Below are positions 35,628-40,000 of a stretch of 40,000 nucleotides of DNA, piece by piece (position 1 is the first letter of the stretch; the number at the start of each line of letters is the position of its first letter). Origin of the DNA: Aeromonas phage pAEv1810. The notes beneath the pieces were generated by a model, which saw only the letters and a list, made by a program, of their open reading frames with translations, did no database searches and had not been told where the DNA came from. A program made the translations under genes and the position numbers. The stretch lies in sequence record OL964756.1. One strand, written 5' to 3'.

Positions 35628-36498
35628 CTAGTTTAACCTTTTCCAATAGAGTTTGTGCTTTGTATATCTCATCCATGTTTTCTGCTACTTCTTCTAACAA
35701 AGCGAAATACTGGGATTTGATTTGACCGTCAGTAAGATCAGAGATAAGCATTAGAGAAAGAACTTGCTTGAAGTAATCTAATTTGTCCTCAGTGAGTTTA
35801 ATCCCAAGATCAGAAACAAACAAGGTCATTAGTACTTCGAGAGAGAGTGTAGAAGCGCCACCTTTCGTAATATGTTCCCACGCTAAGGTTTCTTTGAGAA
35901 ACTCTTTATTAGCTTGTACACGACGTTTAATGGTGGGTTCCATATATTCAGTGTCATCGTTATCTAGGATATTCAAACCGATGAGAATACCTTTGGTAAC
36001 ATTAGGAGAAACTTCTTTAATCATATAAGGAAAGTTCTCTAAATCATAATCTGGTTCAACACGTTCAATGACACGAATGAAGCGCTCTTTAGCATCGATC
36101 AATTCGTCATCTAGAATCTCTACCAGTTGCATTAAATCATCCATACCGTCTAGAGTATAAATAGTATCTAGAATGTGGACAAGATCTTTCAAGCTATCTG
36201 GTGAAACATAATCGTAATCAATGATAATTCCCATCATCTGTAAACAATCTACTATGCTGTCGATCAGAAGTTTTCTGATATGCATAACGGTGTCAGATGT
36301 TTCAAGGGATTCATCAATTAAGATATTGGTAATCTGGATGTCATTTCCATTCTCAGGAAGAGAAATAGAAATTAAGTTATACGCATCCTTGAATAATATA
36401 GCTGCTTCAGGCATTAACCTTGCAGCAAAATCCTGCCACATCTCGCCTAAATTTTCTACAGCAAGATTTCTGTCTCCAAGATCAATTATCTCAGACAT
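35614..36498 (-). CDS. hypothetical protein
   Basis: 294-aa minus-strand ORF overlapping 35627 by 14 nt (coupled). Confidence 0.75.
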   Translation of the reverse strand: MSEIIDLGDRNLAVENLGEMWQDFAARLMPEAAILFKDAYNLISISLPENGNDIQITNILIDESLETSDTVMHIRKLLIDSIVDCLQMMGIIIDYDYVSPDSLKDLVHILDTIYTLDGMDDLMQLVEILDDELIDAKERFIRVIERVEPDYDLENFPYMIKEVSPNVTKGILIGLNILDNDDTEYMEPTIKRRVQANKEFLKETLAWEHITKGGASTLSLEVLMTLFVSDLGIKLTEDKLDYFKQVLSLMLISDLTDGQIKSQYFALLEEVAENMDEIYKAQTLLEKVKLDEQV

Positions 36499-36537
36499 AA
36501 GTCATGTTCCCATTCTGTTATTAAAGGAGTTCATAAC

Positions 36538-37230
36538 ATGAACAAAAATGCCAAACAAAAAGCCGTCGCAAAACGTGTCCGTCGCAACGCTGTAAGTAAG
36601 CAAAAACGTAAAGATCGTAACACCAAAGGAATTAAGGTATTACCTGGTCGCAGACCCACTCGTGGTAACGAAGCACTGACTGCATTGGCACGAGCTCTCT
36701 CTCGTTCTAACCTCGACGATCCGCTCCAGTACATCCTTGATGGTGGTAAAGGTGAAGGTGAATTCAATCCGCAATCGTTGATCAAAACCTCACGTAAAGC
36801 TGTAGGTGAAGTTTACAAACTGTTTAGTTATGTAGTGTTGGCTGAACGTTTGGTACAACAGAAAGCTTTTGTACACGAGTTTGCTTGTGATCTGGATCGT
36901 GTTACTAATGAGCTGATCGAGATTGATCGTCAAGTTATGCGTCTGCCCAAACTGGCAGAAATCGATCTGGAATCTTTCACTATCGATATGCTTGATATTG
37001 GTGGTTATGTGGAGAACCTGGCTGATCAACTTTATACCGAAATTGAAGCGCTTGAGAAACACAGTTTTGTTATTGAAGACCGCCTCAATAAAGCAGCTCA
37101 TGATTTCCAAGTTTCTCACCCAGAAGTTACCGAGCAAGATGCACGTTTGGTAATTATGGAAACTGTTTCTCAGGAACGTGTTAATAAGTTCCGTCAACTG
37201 CAACAACAAGCCGAAACTGCTGAGGTTTAA
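36538..37230 (+). CDS. hypothetical protein with highly basic N-terminus
   Basis: MNKNAKQKAVAKRVRRNAVSKQKRKDRN...; 230 aa; RBS AAAGGAG. Confidence 0.75.
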   Translation: MNKNAKQKAVAKRVRRNAVSKQKRKDRNTKGIKVLPGRRPTRGNEALTALARALSRSNLDDPLQYILDGGKGEGEFNPQSLIKTSRKAVGEVYKLFSYVVLAERLVQQKAFVHEFACDLDRVTNELIEIDRQVMRLPKLAEIDLESFTIDMLDIGGYVENLADQLYTEIEALEKHSFVIEDRLNKAAHDFQVSHPEVTEQDARLVIMETVSQERVNKFRQLQQQAETAEV

Positions 37231-37232
37231 TA

Positions 37233-38867
37233 ATGTCTGAAGAAATTCAAACCCAAGAGCCTGCTAAACCTATTAAACGGATTAAGCCGATCGAATATCT
37301 GCGAGAAGCCATTATTCAAGGTAAAGAAGCTAATCAAGCTTACTCTCTTCCTTTATTCCTTGGTAGCTTGACTTCTCAACACGAAGCTATTCTTACTACC
37401 GCTACTGTGTACGCGCAACTTAAACAAGTTGATGATGACATTAACAGTGGTAATAGTAACATCTCTGAAAGTATTCGTAACTCATTGCGAGTTAAGTTTG
37501 AAGAACTGCAAGAGAAGCACTTCCCAGAAGTGGATCAAGATGAACTTGGGGTAATGTTGATCAACTACTTCCAGTTCTATCAGCGCGGTTTGGATCGTGT
37601 TCTAGCTCGGGAAGATAATCAAGAGTTCATCGATCCATCAGTTCTGATGAACACATTCCCGTTCCGTAATGAGCGTATTGGAATTATCAACCCGATTAAA
37701 CCACAAGTAAAAGCTAAAGACTCTGTGCGTGACCGTATGCGTCGTAGTAAGCTTAAACTTGCCAATGAACCTGATACCTTCTCTTTGATGTTGGTAAACT
37801 CTCGTGTCTTCCTGAAGATGAAAGTTCCCACTCCCCTGGATATGGTTCTGCTCATTAACAAGATTACCTCAGAGCTTAAAGGTTATGGTGAACGCTACCG
37901 TGTTTCCTCTATGCATCTGGAACGAGCACTGATTACTCGCATCCTTGTGACATTCATGTTGGAACGCGCAACCTACTGGTCTGTTGCCGACATTCTTGAT
38001 GCAGAAGAACTGTTCAAGATCATCAAGTTCGAAGACGTCGGTATTATCGCAACCACTCTTCTTGCTAATGCAGCACCTAAGGGCGTAAGCTACACTATCT
38101 CCTGTCTGGCCGATAAGTGTGATTATAACGAGACCAATTTGATTGATCCAGCTAACCTTGTGGTTTATGACGATATTCGTCTACCGCAAGTGTATAAGGA
38201 TCAAATCAGTGCTATCTTGAATACCGGTAAGAAGTTTACCATTGAAGAACTCAAAGCTTCAGATGTTCCTTACACTGACTTTGAAGGTAATGTAATTGAC
38301 ACTGTTGTTAAACATGATAATGGTGCTGGTGAAGTTCATATCAAGTCCCCTTATCTGGCAGATTACTTTACCTGCTTTGATAACATGGCCGAGCAGATCA
38401 ACCCAGAGTTGCGTGAACTTGCTGTGCAATTCCCTAATCAGAAAGTGTACGCAACTAAACGTGCTGAAGTAATGGGTTCTATACGAATGGCTGAATATCT
38501 TCAGTGGTTTGATAAAACCGTTACTTTGCCGGAACCTGGCGAAGATGGAGAACCTGAAGTAATTAGTCGTCAGGAAGATCCTAAAGGGTTTGATCAAGGT
38601 CTGCTGGATATGTTCAATAGCGACGATAACTTGCTGCGAGATGCACTGGATAAAGTCATTAAGAGTGTACCTAAGTTGACTTATGTTTACATCGGTATTC
38701 CTGATGATCATTGTCCTAAGTGCAAAACCCGTGCTAATGATGTAATCAAGGAGATTAATGGAGGTTTCACTCCTATTGATCCAATTCTGAATTTTTTCGA
38801 CCATACCCGGATGTTGATAACGATGCGACGAGATCTCGTGACTTTACAAGAGGAAATTCTTTCCTAA
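37233..38867 (+). CDS. hypothetical protein, possibly virion/baseplate assembly
   Basis: 544 aa; Cys pairs (CLADKCDYNE; DDHCPKCKT); followed in another frame by the 38945 ORF. Confidence 0.75.
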   Translation: MSEEIQTQEPAKPIKRIKPIEYLREAIIQGKEANQAYSLPLFLGSLTSQHEAILTTATVYAQLKQVDDDINSGNSNISESIRNSLRVKFEELQEKHFPEVDQDELGVMLINYFQFYQRGLDRVLAREDNQEFIDPSVLMNTFPFRNERIGIINPIKPQVKAKDSVRDRMRRSKLKLANEPDTFSLMLVNSRVFLKMKVPTPLDMVLLINKITSELKGYGERYRVSSMHLERALITRILVTFMLERATYWSVADILDAEELFKIIKFEDVGIIATTLLANAAPKGVSYTISCLADKCDYNETNLIDPANLVVYDDIRLPQVYKDQISAILNTGKKFTIEELKASDVPYTDFEGNVIDTVVKHDNGAGEVHIKSPYLADYFTCFDNMAEQINPELRELAVQFPNQKVYATKRAEVMGSIRMAEYLQWFDKTVTLPEPGEDGEPEVISRQEDPKGFDQGLLDMFNSDDNLLRDALDKVIKSVPKLTYVYIGIPDDHCPKCKTRANDVIKEINGGFTPIDPILNFFDHTRMLITMRRDLVTLQEEILS

Positions 38868-38899
38868 GTAGCGATCAGTCTGGTCAGCTCCAACCAAGG

Positions 38900-38932
38900 T
38901 TCAAAGAGCAGAGCGATAAACTGCTCTTTGAA
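38900..38932 (+). repeat. inverted repeat/hairpin upstream of the ORF at 38945
   Basis: TTCAAAGAGCAG-agcgataaa-CTGCTCTTTGAA, 12-bp perfect stem, no T-run. Confidence 0.6.
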
Positions 38933-38944
38933 ACCTACCGCAAC

Positions 38945-39304
38945 ATGCCACAAAGTAAATTAGAATTGTTGATTACAGAGCGCAGAGCTTACATGATGAA
39001 GTTTGGTTGGGTTGCTGATAGAGAACCTTTAAGTAACACAATCAAATATAATCGAGCTCGCAGAGACTCTAGTCATCAGTTCAGTGCGGCTGCGGTTGGA
39101 GAGATGTTCGGGTTTAGAGAATATGGTGAGATCTTACCGCTTAAAGATTTCTTAACTCTTCCATGTAATGTATTAGAAGATATCATCGATTCTGTGGCTG
39201 TTGGTAAACGTAAAGCTAAAGAAGTGGCTGACCGTATGACCAAGAAAAACAAAGGAATCCCTGAAGCGGAACAACTTCTAAAACAACTTGAGAATAAGGA
39301 TTAA
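38945..39304 (+). CDS. hypothetical protein (start codon doubtful)
   Basis: 119-aa ORF, but no RBS before ATG 38945; frame is open upstream to 38780. Confidence 0.6.
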   Translation: MPQSKLELLITERRAYMMKFGWVADREPLSNTIKYNRARRDSSHQFSAAAVGEMFGFREYGEILPLKDFLTLPCNVLEDIIDSVAVGKRKAKEVADRMTKKNKGIPEAEQLLKQLENKD

Positions 39305-39306
39305 CA

Positions 39307-39855
39307 ATGTCTAAACCACATGTACCACCTGTAGTGGAACAAAGCAAAACAGCTGTAGCTCAACAGCAGGCAGTTGTCGAGAAAATGGATACTAGTGTAA
39401 TGGTTCCTACAGAGAAGGTTCCCACCACACCTGCCACTATTTATCAAAATGGTATTGATAACTTTGTAAAGTTTATCAAAGGCGAATTTAAATCTGCTAG
39501 TTTGCAAGAACGTAGTAACTATCAGTGTGAGTTTATGGGAACTATCGTTCAGATGCTCTCTATTGACTCTGAAGAAGTAGCCAAGGTACTTAACCACTTC
39601 ATCGAAGTGATTCTTACCAACCCTGTACAGTTTGGTCAAAGCGAAATCTTTGCCCCACTGTACGTAGTTGAGAAAGAGAAAATGAAACCTGCTGACGAAA
39701 TCCTTCGTTATAAGCAGTTCATGACATTCATGGTAAGTTTGGCTAAGAACGCTCAGAACCGTCAACGTTTTGTAGCTAATGTTGATATGCGTAAACTGTT
39801 GAGTTACTTCCCTAAGAAAGCAGCTGACAATTTACAAGAGTATTGCTTCCGTTAA
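39307..39855 (+). CDS. hypothetical protein
   Basis: 182-aa ORF, RBS AAGGA. Confidence 0.7.
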   Translation: MSKPHVPPVVEQSKTAVAQQQAVVEKMDTSVMVPTEKVPTTPATIYQNGIDNFVKFIKGEFKSASLQERSNYQCEFMGTIVQMLSIDSEEVAKVLNHFIEVILTNPVQFGQSEIFAPLYVVEKEKMKPADEILRYKQFMTFMVSLAKNAQNRQRFVANVDMRKLLSYFPKKAADNLQEYCFR

Positions 39856-39865
39856 TACGTAAATT

Positions 39866-39897
39866 ACCTTACCTAACCGTAATTGGTTAGGTAAGGT
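39866..39897 (+). terminator. terminator-like hairpin
   Basis: ACCTTACCTAACC-gtaatt-GGTTAGGTAAGGT. Confidence 0.7.
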
Positions 39898-40000
39898 TTA
39901 TATGTGCTATTTGGAAGTTAGTTCTTTAACACCTTCCATGATCTGTTTAACTTTAATAATTTTAGAGTCGCAATATTCGATTAGATTTGTTAGTTTGGTT

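Noticed and set aside
38259-38804. Antisense 181-aa ORF
   Set aside because: Shadow of the 37233-38867 gene; the same applies to 39301-39765 opposite 39307-39855 and 36790-37209 opposite 36538-37230.
1-40000. tRNA genes, rRNA, transposases, integrase
   Set aside because: I found no convincing tRNA cloverleaf, rRNA segment or mobile-element protein by eye; a tRNAscan/Infernal run would be needed to exclude tRNAs fully.

Overview
The window looks like part of a nucleus-forming (phiKZ-like) jumbo phage genome. It is tightly packed, with most genes on the + strand. Recognisable landmarks: a PhuZ tubulin-like gene (3208-4158), the C-terminal half of a family B DNA polymerase (7110-9176), a probable chimallin/ChmA shell gene (10579-12480), nvRNAP parts (beta' N-terminal fragment 12568-14055 plus a displaced second piece near 14284-14539, gp68-like subunit 20482-22083, beta C-terminal part 25661-27763, beta' C-terminal part 27796-29820), a virion-RNAP beta'-like fragment on the minus strand (34323-35627), an Acb1-like 2H phosphoesterase (15600-16088), an SbcD-like metallophosphoesterase, an SSB-like protein and an SF2 helicase. 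The strongest unusual observations are: (1) a ~238-nt ORF-less group I-like intron apparently interrupting the nvRNAP beta' gene just after its catalytic motif; (2) a DNA polymerase split between motif A and motif B; (3) a repeated 24-nt AT-rich promoter/leader motif containing TATATTA(C) upstream of chmA, two nvRNAP genes and an unlisted 47-aa membrane microprotein gene; (4) a gene at 38945 with no good start codon or Shine-Dalgarno, whose frame is open back into the preceding gene, suggesting frameshifting or a non-canonical start. Family assignments were made by eye from motifs and synteny memory. No database search was run.
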